Source: Limisphaerales bacterium (GTDB taxonomy: Bacteria; Verrucomicrobiota; Verrucomicrobiia; Limisphaerales; SIBE01). Taken from it: a DNA stretch of 64,000 nucleotides. The stretch spans positions 83,642 to 147,641 of the forward strand of contig JBGAIN010000001.1 in assembly GCA_044225505.1 (NCBI GenBank), read 5' to 3'. The position numbers and the translations under genes were made by a program. Below are positions 32,953-42,488 of the stretch, one piece after another. Every line of letters begins with the position of its first letter. Positions within the stretch are counted from its first letter, which is position 1. The notes below the pieces were generated by a model. The model did not search any database. It was not told the origin of the DNA and saw only the letters and a list, made by a program, of their open reading frames with translations.

Positions 32953-33900
32953 ATGAGCTGGAACCATTTCGGTTTTCGACCTTACGTCTCGGTCGCGGAG
33001 CGCCAACGCAATGCGCAACGCGAAATGGCTAAGCTGGCCAAGCGCGGGCTCTCCAGCCAGCCGATCAAAATCGACGGCCGGACCATCGCGAGCTCCTTTT
33101 GGGGCAAGGCTTGGTGCGACAATCTGGAGTCCTATATGGACTATGCGAACAGGCTGCCCCGGGGCCGCACTTACGTCCGCAACGGCTCGGTGGTGCACTT
33201 GGAAGTGAAACCGGGCCTCATCACCGCGCTTGTGAGCGGATCGCAGCTCTATGAGATTGAGGTTCAAATCGTCCCGGCTGCAGAAGCGAAATGGAAGACA
33301 CTTTGCCGCAGTTGCGCGGGCGGGATCGGTTCCCTGGTCGAGTTGCTTCAAGGCCGGCTGTCGAGCCAGGTCATGGAGATCATCACCCGCAGAGAAACGG
33401 GTCTCTTTCCTTCGCCTCGCGAGATCAAGATGACTTGTTCCTGTCCCGATTGGGCAGGCATGTGCAAACACATCGCTGCCGTTCTCTATGGCGTTGGGGC
33501 GCGGCTCGATCAGAACCCGCACTTGCTCTTCGTCCTGCGCTCCGTTAATCACGAAGAACTTATCGCGCAAGCCGCAGCTGTTACCGATCTTACGAGCAAA
33601 ATGACTGAGGCCACAGTGGAACTCGCCGAGAACGAAATTAGCCAGGTGTTCGGCATCGAGCTCGATGATCGCCCAACTCCGGCGAAGTCCAGCCCTCCCG
33701 TCGCACCGGTCATTTCGGCTCCGAGCACGGCAGCTCCGAAGACGACATCCGGTCGGGGCCGGCCGCCGAAAGAGAAGAAGAGCCCCAAGGCTCGTAAGGC
33801 GCCGGCGCGAAAAAGACGCATGAGTCCCGCAGCCAAGGCCCGCATTGCCGCCGCGGCGGAAGCGCGACGTCTCAAACAGAAGAAGGCCAAGCCGAATTGA
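32953..33900 (+). CDS. SWIM zinc-finger protein with basic histone-H1-like C-terminal tail
   Basis: FWGKAW, NRLPRGRTYVRNG, CSCPDWAGMCKH; tail GRGRPPKEKKSPKARKAPARKRRMSPAAKARIAAAAEARRLKQKK. Confidence 0.9.
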   Translation: MSWNHFGFRPYVSVAERQRNAQREMAKLAKRGLSSQPIKIDGRTIASSFWGKAWCDNLESYMDYANRLPRGRTYVRNGSVVHLEVKPGLITALVSGSQLYEIEVQIVPAAEAKWKTLCRSCAGGIGSLVELLQGRLSSQVMEIITRRETGLFPSPREIKMTCSCPDWAGMCKHIAAVLYGVGARLDQNPHLLFVLRSVNHEELIAQAAAVTDLTSKMTEATVELAENEISQVFGIELDDRPTPAKSSPPVAPVISAPSTAAPKTTSGRGRPPKEKKSPKARKAPARKRRMSPAAKARIAAAAEARRLKQKKAKPN

Positions 33901-34130
33901 AGTCGACGTCCAACCGGCGAGGCAGGTTAAGGCGCTGCAAGTTCTTCAAAACCTCGTTCCGTGTCGTTTGACTCATGGTTGGGTCCATTCCCGCCACGGT
34001 AACCGTTACTTCTGGCGCAACGTATCTTTTCCAGTCGCTTTATCCCTCCTCGTGTAACACGACTTTTGGCGCCTTTCGGTCTCTCTAAAACAGTCTCTAA
34101 ACCAAAGAATTGCTTGTTCTCTAGCTTTCT

Positions 34131-35402
34131 GTGACTAATCCTTCGGCTATGCGGTTCCTGTGCGCTCTAAGTCTGGTGACCAACCTCGCTTTTCTTGTAA
34201 ATGTGCCATTTTCGATGGCCGATGCGGTCGGGACCGCTCCAAGCTCGGACGCTGGGACACCCGGCCCGAAGAAACCCGGGAGCGGAACGCGAGAGACTAA
34301 AGCCACGGTAGCGAAAGGAACCTCCCCAACCAATGGGTCACCCTCGACGGGCGCTCCAGCTCGACCGTATCGGCTCCTCGGCATTCTGGATCCGGATCGA
34401 GACCGCATGGTGGCGTTCGCGATGAAGGTGCCCAGTGATTGGAAAGCACACCAGGAATTCTATCGGAAGTGGGAAGGCGCTGTCGGACTGCCACAGATTT
34501 CGATCACGCTGAATTCGCCGGACGGGCGTTCTCAGATCGTCTATTTTCCGGCGACGCAATATATTTACTCGGAAGGGCCACTGACGCAAAACCTGCGCGC
34601 TCAAAAGAGTGCGCTGGGAATCCCGACGCAGGCCTCACCGAACGAACTCGCGCCCATGCCCCCGGTCGCTTACCTCCGACAGGTTTTCCTGCCCACCCTG
34701 GCGCAGAACGGCGTTATCCTGAAGGACCTCGGGAATGAGCAAACGGCCCCGCAGACCCGCGGTGAAAATGGGCAAATCCAATCCCGAGGTTCCATCGATG
34801 GCACCCTGCCGAATGGAAATCGGGCGCGGGTGGAGTGCCGGATTTCCCAGTCATCGCGGCAGCTTGGGACCGACACTTACCATTCCTGGAGCACCGTTCC
34901 TTCGATAACGCAAACCAGCGCAAGTGATCTCGAGTCCATCCATGCTCACACGCGCATGGCGCAAGACTCGATCGTGAGGAATCCGGTCTGGATGAAGATC
35001 GAACAGGAAGCCCAGGCGCGCGGCTATCAAGCGAACCAGGACGCCAGCCGGCAACAGCACGAAGCGACGATGGCACAGATCCAGGCGAACACCGAAGCAA
35101 TGACTCGTGGCCACCAGCAGAGAATGGAAGCGATTCGGCAATTTGGCGAAGCTAACACGGCGCGCTTTAATCAGAGGATGACCGATATGGACCGCGAGCA
35201 GCGCATCCGCGTTGATACGATCCGAGGCGAGTCCAAATACGTTAATCCGACCACGGGTCAACAGGTCAAGGTCGAGGACGGTTACAAACACGTCTATTCC
35301 AGCCAGCAACACCCGAACCTTTTTCTAGGAACAGACACGCCGATTGACGCGGGCAGCCTCGATTGGCAGGAGTTGCAAAAAGTCCAGCTTGAGGATTACT
35401 GA
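34131..35402 (+). CDS. Secreted hypothetical protein
   Basis: 423-aa ORF with hydrophobic N-terminus, P/G/T linker, Q/M/A-rich helical segment and DTIRG..KYVNPTTG tail; no family recognised. Confidence 0.7.
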   Translation: MTNPSAMRFLCALSLVTNLAFLVNVPFSMADAVGTAPSSDAGTPGPKKPGSGTRETKATVAKGTSPTNGSPSTGAPARPYRLLGILDPDRDRMVAFAMKVPSDWKAHQEFYRKWEGAVGLPQISITLNSPDGRSQIVYFPATQYIYSEGPLTQNLRAQKSALGIPTQASPNELAPMPPVAYLRQVFLPTLAQNGVILKDLGNEQTAPQTRGENGQIQSRGSIDGTLPNGNRARVECRISQSSRQLGTDTYHSWSTVPSITQTSASDLESIHAHTRMAQDSIVRNPVWMKIEQEAQARGYQANQDASRQQHEATMAQIQANTEAMTRGHQQRMEAIRQFGEANTARFNQRMTDMDREQRIRVDTIRGESKYVNPTTGQQVKVEDGYKHVYSSQQHPNLFLGTDTPIDAGSLDWQELQKVQLEDY

Positions 35403-35465
35403 CGCGTTGGGCGCGAGATTGGGGTTGTTCGCTAGACCGGCGATGGCTAGGACACGCTAGTTTTG

Positions 35466-35513
35466 AAATGTCTCACACTTCGTCCACAATTGTGGACAAG
35501 ATGTGAGACATTT
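35466..35513. repeat. 48-bp near-perfect palindrome, copy 1
   Basis: AAATGTCTCACACTTCGTCCACAATTGTGGACAAGATGTGAGACATTT. Confidence 0.9.
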
Positions 35514-35656
35514 GCGCCGTCCGTTTCCAGCTCGCGGCTGCTTGATCGGAGCTGCTCTACCGCGGGTAAGCTCAGTGGCAGGGAGGAGGATTCGATCTGG
35601 ACCCGGACCAACCCCGGTCTGAGGCCGGTGAGATGCCGCTGTAACGCCGCTCCCGG

Positions 35657-35711
35657 ACCGGCCTTGCACCGGCCTTGCACCGGCCTTGGAGCGGCCTTGC
35701 ACCGGCCTTGC
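35657..35711. repeat. Tandem repeat, 5 x 11 bp (ACCGGCCTTGC)
   Basis: ACCGGCCTTGC ACCGGCCTTGC ACCGGCCTTGG AGCGGCCTTGC ACCGGCCTTGC. Confidence 0.9.
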
Positions 35712-35856
35712 CTCGAATGACCATCACCCGGAATGACTGTCAAATACGCACCGCTCAAGGTTCACCGTTCCCGGCGTGACGTTGACGAAGGATCGGGCGT
35801 GAGGTGGTGTGGGACCTTCGTGACTCCGCGAGGTGCTTCTGCAGCAATCATTTACG

Positions 35857-35904
35857 ATATGTTGCACACTTTGTCCACAATTGTGGTCACGATGTGAGAC
35901 ATTT
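35857..35904. repeat. 48-bp palindrome, copy 2 (diverged)
   Basis: ATATGTTGCACACTTTGTCCACAATTGTGGTCACGATGTGAGACATTT. Confidence 0.85.
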
Positions 35905-36041
35905 CCCAGCCCGGTTCCGGAGAACCCGAGGCAACGCACCCGTTACCCGTTCAACCTCGTGTCGCCCAAGGAACAGAGTGACGCCAACGAGTTATGCATT
36001 CGACACGTCAACACTAACGCTGGCGTTTCATTTGCAGAACG

Positions 36042-39035
36042 TTATTGCTGAGAGAGAACCGCGCGGTAAAAGCGAGGGGTATTCGTCAGAGCTTGAGGAT
36101 CGCTCAGGTCCATCGAGAGATCACCCAACGTTACCTCTTGCCACGGTTCCCACTGATTCAAGTTCGAGCTGCGCTCGAGTCTGAAGCCAACGCCGCGCGG
36201 ACCTTTTAACCGCAAACCGACGCCAGGCTGACCTGGTGTGAAACGCGGCTGAAGTTGAACCGAGCGGAAGGTGTCCAGGACCGTGATCCCCCGATCTGGA
36301 ATAAAAACGTGATCCCCCGAAATCGCGACGCTTGATCCTGAAATCGAGGAATTCCCGCCGACGCGCTGGGGATGGATTGGGTCACTGATATCGACCACTA
36401 AAGTGCCTTGCGCCCCCGAAACGTAGGCGTAGGTCCCGGCGATGGCTATCGCGCTGCCTGTCACCGCGCCAAGATGCGCCACCAGACGAGGCTTGGTGGG
36501 ATTACTGATATCGATCACATCGAAACTTGTGCCGAACCAGCCGCTACCTGTCACAAAGACATACGAACCGGAGATGGCAAGGCCCGAAACCTGGCCTCCG
36601 TCCCAGAGACTCAAGAATTGCGGATTGGCTGGGTTGGAAATATCCAAAAGCACGAGTCCGCCCGTTGGCGTCTCCTGAGTCAAATTATTGCCAATAGCCG
36701 CCAAATTCCCTGAAAACGCAATGGTCCCAGCTCCTTGAGTGTGCTTCAAGTAGCTGCCCACTTTTTGAGGCGTGGCGGGAGTTCTAACATCGAAGATCTG
36801 CAGCCCAGCGGTGTAGTCTGCCACATAGGCGAAGCCGTTTGCGATGGCCACGTCCCAAGCGGTGCCGGGTGTGTCGGAAGTATTCAGCAGTTTCGGATGC
36901 ACCGGATCTTGAATGTCAAACACCTGCAGCCCTTTCTCGCCAGCAGCAACGTAGGCGATTGTCCCGGAAACACTCGCGCGCAAGGCAGAGGTCTGACGGC
37001 TGCCGAGGAGTTGTGGGTCGCTGCGATTGGTGATCGAATATATCTCCAAGCCGAGTGATTCATTCGCCACGTAGGCGAAATCACCCGCTACCGCCAAGCT
37101 ATTCCAAGACGTTGCCCCATGGAACGTCTTCGCGGAGACGCGCTGGGGATTGGCCGGTTGGACAGCAATAGCTCGCAGAAGCCACCCGTCGCCGTACGCT
37201 CCGACATAGGCGATGTTGCCTGCCACAGCCACAGACTGGGCGTAATCCGTCGAGGCAGTTTGTCCGACCAGAATCGGCTCGGCGGGCTTGGTGACGTCGA
37301 ACATTCTTAGAGCGGAGTCGCAGAAGTAAGCATAGCCACCGGCAAAGGTCACTTTCCCTTGGCCACTCCCCACCGTCTTAAGCTCGACCGGGTTTTTCGG
37401 GTCGGAGACATCGATCAAGTAAGTGGCGGAATAGTCAATCCCGCTGACGGCGACCCAAGCGACGTTGCCGTAAACGGCAACGTGATCGACGCGAAAGTGA
37501 GGATCCCAAAACCCAACAACGGCCGTTGGCTTCCAACTTCCGACCACACCAAAAGAGAAAGGTTCAGCGGGTTTGCGAGCGTCCAGGATGAGGAGACCGG
37601 CAGTATCCGCTGCTACATAGGCATAGTTTCCTGATACGGCCACGCCTTTCACTGTTGCTCCCGCGTAAGTATAGTGCGGTTGTGGATTTTCTGGTTGAGA
37701 AATATCCGCGGTTACCAAGCCAACCGAATCGACTGCGAGGTAAGCGTAATTCCCGGAAATAGCGATGTCCCGGACAATTGCGCCTGGCTCCAACGCCGCC
37801 ACTCGCCAGGGGAAGAAGGGATCTCGAATATCGACAACTTCGAAGCCAGATTCGCCACCCGCCACATACGCGTAGTCCCCGACAACCTTAACTGCGTGAG
37901 CGAAGGATGGCGTTGGGTAGGTTCCCACGACCCGTGGTCCGGTCGGATCCTGGACGTCCGCGATGAGGAGTCCGTCAGCGCCTGCGGCCATGTAGGCATA
38001 TCGACCCGAAACGGCGACATCTTGGATGGCGTCACACGGCCCTTGTCGGCCCACGAGTTGGGGATTCTCACGCGCGCGCAAGTCCAGGATTTGTAGTCCT
38101 GAGTTCCCAACGATAAACGCACGGGTCCCGGCAACTGCAATACCGCGCATGTTGTCACAGGTCTGATATCCAGCAACACGGCGTGGGTGGGCAGGGTTGC
38201 TGACGTCGATCACGTGCGCGCCATCCGCTCCAGCGGCGATGACCAAGTCATCGGAGAACGCCACGTCCTGAATTCCTTTGGAGTCATAAGTGCCGACGCG
38301 TTGAGGAAGAGCCGGTTGGCTGATATCGATGATGTCCATTCCGGCGACTGTCGGCACACAGGCATAAATTCCGGAGATGGCCGGTTTCCGGCCCTGTTCC
38401 GGAGGTGGGCCAGACAAGCCACAGCCACCGATTCGCTTTGGGGCAGCCGGATCGCTGATATCTATCACGTGCAGGTTGCCGCTGGAGGCTGCTCCTTCCA
38501 CAAGGAACGCCAAATGCCCAGATACGGAAATGGCGCCGGCGGTCAGATTCAACGTGGAAACTCGATGCGGATTGGTCGGATCGCTCACATCGAGCGTCAC
38601 CAAGCCTTCGACCGCAGTTAGGAACGCATTCGATCCGATGATTGCTAAGTCCGTCACCTCGCCGGCGTATCGACCGACGCGCGTTGGATTGGCGAGGTCT
38701 GAAATGTCAACGACGTCCAATCCCGCGCGTGAACAGATGTAGAGAAAATGTCCTGCAACCGCGGCGCGCGCAGTGTTGCCCGACAAGTAATAACTACCGA
38801 TGGATCGAGGAGAATCGAGATCACTGATATCCACGATGCGCAGGATGTCCCAGTTGGACGTGAAGGCCAAGTTACTGGTGACTGTGACACTGGAAGCACT
38901 ACCGCCGCCGTATTGTCCAACCTGATGCAGATCGAAGTCGAGCGCACTCGCGCCGCGTGGAAGCACGCATGTCAGCACGGCCACGAACCAAGGAAGAACA
39001 GTTCCTAAACGGAGAACCAGGGTGAGCTTTCTCAT
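36042..39035 (-). CDS. Secreted LVIVD-repeat beta-propeller protein with C-terminal sorting-like domain
   Basis: Many GNYAYVA..GL.I.DIS.P..P repeats; tail FRLERSSNLNQW...DPQALTNTPRFYRAV. Confidence 0.9.
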   Translation of the reverse strand: MRKLTLVLRLGTVLPWFVAVLTCVLPRGASALDFDLHQVGQYGGGSASSVTVTSNLAFTSNWDILRIVDISDLDSPRSIGSYYLSGNTARAAVAGHFLYICSRAGLDVVDISDLANPTRVGRYAGEVTDLAIIGSNAFLTAVEGLVTLDVSDPTNPHRVSTLNLTAGAISVSGHLAFLVEGAASSGNLHVIDISDPAAPKRIGGCGLSGPPPEQGRKPAISGIYACVPTVAGMDIIDISQPALPQRVGTYDSKGIQDVAFSDDLVIAAGADGAHVIDVSNPAHPRRVAGYQTCDNMRGIAVAGTRAFIVGNSGLQILDLRARENPQLVGRQGPCDAIQDVAVSGRYAYMAAGADGLLIADVQDPTGPRVVGTYPTPSFAHAVKVVGDYAYVAGGESGFEVVDIRDPFFPWRVAALEPGAIVRDIAISGNYAYLAVDSVGLVTADISQPENPQPHYTYAGATVKGVAVSGNYAYVAADTAGLLILDARKPAEPFSFGVVGSWKPTAVVGFWDPHFRVDHVAVYGNVAWVAVSGIDYSATYLIDVSDPKNPVELKTVGSGQGKVTFAGGYAYFCDSALRMFDVTKPAEPILVGQTASTDYAQSVAVAGNIAYVGAYGDGWLLRAIAVQPANPQRVSAKTFHGATSWNSLAVAGDFAYVANESLGLEIYSITNRSDPQLLGSRQTSALRASVSGTIAYVAAGEKGLQVFDIQDPVHPKLLNTSDTPGTAWDVAIANGFAYVADYTAGLQIFDVRTPATPQKVGSYLKHTQGAGTIAFSGNLAAIGNNLTQETPTGGLVLLDISNPANPQFLSLWDGGQVSGLAISGSYVFVTGSGWFGTSFDVIDISNPTKPRLVAHLGAVTGSAIAIAGTYAYVSGAQGTLVVDISDPIHPQRVGGNSSISGSSVAISGDHVFIPDRGITVLDTFRSVQLQPRFTPGQPGVGLRLKGPRGVGFRLERSSNLNQWEPWQEVTLGDLSMDLSDPQALTNTPRFYRAVLSQQ

Positions 39036-39272
39036 AATGACATCCAAAACGCCTGCGGTCGTAACTGATGCCCTAGAGGTAATCAGACTCGCGATGATCT
39101 GACAATACGCGCATCAGAGTAAGCTCTTCCTCGATCTGTGCCGAGACGGCGGTTGTTCAGGCCTGTTCCCCTTACGACGCTTGCGCCGTTGCTTGTTTTA
39201 GAGGCAGCTTGGACGACGAGTTCAGAGCTTGATGATGAGAAGAACCGTGCCAACCTCATTCAGACTCCAGTC

Positions 39273-40427
39273 ATGTGGGCGACTCTCATTTTTATGACGG
39301 CAAGCGGCCTGTTCCTGGCGATGACCATTGGGGCATTGCTGAACTTGCGATGGGTCCGCCGATTGCCCGCGCTCGATCCCGCCGAAAAACGCGCGCGGTC
39401 AAGCAATCGACCCTTTTGTTCGGTGGTCATCGCTGCGCGCAATGAGGAAGCGCGGGTCGAAAGGACTGTGAATCATCTGCTTGCCCAAAGCGGTGTCGAT
39501 CTGGAACTCATCGTCGTTGACGATCGCTCGACGGACCGGACTTCCGAAATTCTCCGCGTGCTGGCTGAAAAGAACCAGACGTTGCGCTTGAAGCGGGTCC
39601 ATTCCTTGCCGGACGGATGGCTGGGCAAGTGTCACGCTTGCCATATCGGCGCCAGTTCCGCGACTGGGGAATGGATCCTTTTTACCGACGCCGACTGCTG
39701 GCTGGAGCAGAACCTAATCGCCCGAGCGGTACAAACCGCGGAGCGGGAGGGCGCCGATCATATCACTCTGACCGCGGGAACGGCGGCGGAGAGCTTAGCG
39801 GTCCGAGCGTGGCACCTCCTCTTTTTGACTAGTTTGCTCAATTGGATTTCGGGCGTGAACCAGGACCGGCCGAAATCGCATGTGGGCTTTGGAGCCTTCA
39901 ATTTGGTTCGAGCGAACGCTTACCGCGCTTGCGGCGGATACGAGGCCCTGCGCCTGACGGTTCTCGACGACGTGCGTTTGGGATTGCTCGTTCGTCGTGC
40001 CGGCAAGAGGACGAGGGCGTTTTTGGGAGCTTCCGATGTGCAATGTGACTGGGGAACGACCCTGGCTAGCATGGTCCGAATTATGGAAAAGAATTATTTT
40101 GCGGCTCTCGATTATCGATTGTGGCTGGCGTGCTTAGGCTGTCTGTTCGCCTTCGCCATTTTTGGGACTGCAATGGCGGGTGCATTGAGCGGAACGCCGC
40201 TGGGAATAGCCGCTGCCGTCGCGCCGTTTTCGTTGATCATTCCCAGTCTAATTTTGGCCAAGCGCTCGGACTGGTCTGTTGCAAGCGCTCTCCTCGTCCC
40301 ACTGATGCTTCCGGTGATGTTATATACGCTGGTGAACTCGGCTTGGGTGACATTGCGGCAAGGGGGAGTTCGATGGCGAGATACGTTTTACTCACTTGAA
40401 AGGTTGCGAGCCGGAACCGTGCGATAG
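39273..40427 (+). CDS. Family 2 glycosyltransferase, membrane-bound
   Basis: SVVIAARNEE, VDDRSTD, GWLGK, FTDAD, GGYEAL...DD; C-terminal TM helices and VRWRD. Confidence 0.9.
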   Translation: MWATLIFMTASGLFLAMTIGALLNLRWVRRLPALDPAEKRARSSNRPFCSVVIAARNEEARVERTVNHLLAQSGVDLELIVVDDRSTDRTSEILRVLAEKNQTLRLKRVHSLPDGWLGKCHACHIGASSATGEWILFTDADCWLEQNLIARAVQTAEREGADHITLTAGTAAESLAVRAWHLLFLTSLLNWISGVNQDRPKSHVGFGAFNLVRANAYRACGGYEALRLTVLDDVRLGLLVRRAGKRTRAFLGASDVQCDWGTTLASMVRIMEKNYFAALDYRLWLACLGCLFAFAIFGTAMAGALSGTPLGIAAAVAPFSLIIPSLILAKRSDWSVASALLVPLMLPVMLYTLVNSAWVTLRQGGVRWRDTFYSLERLRAGTVR

Positions 40428-40494
40428 CCAGGACTTGACCACGAGTCCCATCCTACCTTTGCTTGTCACTGTCGACTCCGTCATTGTTGTGAAG

Positions 40495-41007
40495 ATGCTT
40501 TATGACTTTCAGAGCCGCACCGACGCGGCCGCGTGGCAGGTGGTTAATGACGACGTGATGGGCGGCGTGTCTACGAGCGAGTTTGACGTGACGGACAGGG
40601 TAGCGCTGTTTCGAGGGGAGGTTTCGCTGGAGAACAACGGCGGGTTCGCCTCCGTGCGCTCGCTGCCTGCCCGCCACGATCTCGCTGGCTGCGATGCCTT
40701 CCTGATCCGCGTGCGCGGCGACGGCCATCGCTATAAGTTAACTGCACGCACCGACCTAAGCTTTGACAGTGCTCTCTACCAGATTGTGTTCTCAACAAAG
40801 GAAGGCGAGTGGGAGGAGCATCTTCTGCCAATGAGGGACTTTGTGGCGACCTTCCGCGGTCGCGTACTGTTCACCGAACCGCCGCTCGATGCGGCGAAAG
40901 TCACGTCCGTGGGCTTTCTGATTTCTGACCGGCAAGCTGGGGCGTTCCAACTCGAGGTGGCGTGGCTGAAGGCGTTGAAGGCATCAATGCTGCGAGCTTC
41001 GCTTTGA
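40495..41007 (+). CDS. CIA30 family protein
   Basis: WQVVNDDVMGGVS, VSLENNGGFASVR, VRGDGHRY, GFLISDRQAG. Confidence 0.9.
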   Translation: MLYDFQSRTDAAAWQVVNDDVMGGVSTSEFDVTDRVALFRGEVSLENNGGFASVRSLPARHDLAGCDAFLIRVRGDGHRYKLTARTDLSFDSALYQIVFSTKEGEWEEHLLPMRDFVATFRGRVLFTEPPLDAAKVTSVGFLISDRQAGAFQLEVAWLKALKASMLRASL

Positions 41008-41104
41008 CGGGTAGGCGATCTTTTCCGGTGTTTTTTGTCATGCTACCCCAGTTAGAGGTTTCCTGTCGGCTGTTGAGATGATCCACTGAGACCTGTCAGC
41101 ACGC

Positions 41105-42457
41105 ATGATTATGAAGACCTTGATTTCCGTAACCGCTCTCCTCATTTGCGCTCTGGCTGGCCGCGCGGCCGAGCTCGCTGCGAACCTTCCTGCACCCACG
41201 CCGCAGCAATTGGCCTGGCACGACGCTGGCGTAGGCCTGTTCTTCCACTGGGCGCCCAACGTTTACCAGGGCACCGAAGGCGACAACCGGTCCACGCCGC
41301 GTGATCAGATCAACCCAGATCGTTTTAGCGCGACCCAGTGGGTTGAGGCTGTGAAGGCGGCGAATGCGGGCTACATGATTTTCGTCGCCAAGCATGTGGG
41401 CGGTTACTGCGCCTGGCAGACCGCAACCACAGACTACTCGCTCAAGAGCTCGCCCTGGAAACATGGCAAGGGCGACATGCTCGCCGAACTCGCTAAAGCA
41501 TGCCGCGACGGCAGCGTGGGGTTGGGAGTGTATCTGTGTCCGCGCGACGATACGCAAGGGGCCGCAGATGGGGGCAAGATGTCTTCGCCGGAAAAACAAG
41601 CGGTCTACAATGAAACATACCGCCAACAACTGAAGGAAATCCTGACTGGCTATGGGCCAATGTTTGAAATGTGGTTCGACGGCGGGAACATTGTCCCCAT
41701 TAATGACCTGATTGACCTCTATTCGCCCGGCATCATTTCGTTCCAAGGCCGGCGCACCGGCGGCTCGCGCTGGGTCGGCACGGAGCACGGTTTTGCACCG
41801 TACCCATGCTGGAACACGATTCATTGGAAGCAGGGCGAGACACCGAAGGAAGGCGCTGGCAGTTCCAGCGGCAATACCTGGTGTCCGGCCGAATGCGATG
41901 TCTCTATCCTCCGTCCCCACTGGTTCTGGAGTGAAGGCAGCGACGAACGCATCCTCAGCCGGAACGACCTGATCGAAATCTATTATCTGTCCGTTGGACG
42001 CGGTGTCAACCTGCTGCTGAACGCTACGCCGGACAAGCACGGTGCAATCCCGGCGGCGCAGATGAAGCGGTTGCAGGAGTTTGGGGATGAAATCCGCGCG
42101 CGCTTCGCCGCACCTCTCGCCACGGCCAAAGGCGACGGCAACGAGCTCACGCTTAAATTCGACGGCACAAAAACCATCGATCATATTGTGCTTCGGGAAG
42201 ACATCGCTGCCGGGGAACGGGTTCGCAAATTCGTGGTAGAGGGCCATCGCCCCGACGGAAGCCGGCTCGCCTTGGCACAAGGCACGCAGGTCGGCTGCCG
42301 ACAAATAATTCCTATTCCCGCGACGGCCGTTCAGGCAGTCCGGTTGACGGTGGAAGAGAGCGTTGCGCCGGTCAGGATTCGCGAACTATCCGTCTACCAC
42401 GTGGATCGGCCCGTTCCGAAAAGCGCTTACCGTCAAGGTGCGGGGGCGGCACACTAA
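41105..42457 (+). CDS. Alpha-L-fucosidase (GH29), secreted
   Basis: PTPQQLAW, FFHW, AKHVGGYCAW, MWFDG, PAECDVSI, SVGRGVNLLLN, EDIAAGERV. Confidence 0.9.
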   Translation: MIMKTLISVTALLICALAGRAAELAANLPAPTPQQLAWHDAGVGLFFHWAPNVYQGTEGDNRSTPRDQINPDRFSATQWVEAVKAANAGYMIFVAKHVGGYCAWQTATTDYSLKSSPWKHGKGDMLAELAKACRDGSVGLGVYLCPRDDTQGAADGGKMSSPEKQAVYNETYRQQLKEILTGYGPMFEMWFDGGNIVPINDLIDLYSPGIISFQGRRTGGSRWVGTEHGFAPYPCWNTIHWKQGETPKEGAGSSSGNTWCPAECDVSILRPHWFWSEGSDERILSRNDLIEIYYLSVGRGVNLLLNATPDKHGAIPAAQMKRLQEFGDEIRARFAAPLATAKGDGNELTLKFDGTKTIDHIVLREDIAAGERVRKFVVEGHRPDGSRLALAQGTQVGCRQIIPIPATAVQAVRLTVEESVAPVRIRELSVYHVDRPVPKSAYRQGAGAAH

Positions 42458-42488
42458 AAAGCTGCGGCACATCTTGGGTTGAAACAAA

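Noticed and set aside
35466..35904. CRISPR array interpretation of the repeats
   Set aside because: Only two palindromes ~390 bp apart plus contiguous 11-mers with no spacers; no cas genes.
41096..42304. 402-aa minus-strand ORF
   Set aside because: Antisense shadow of the GH29 fucosidase.
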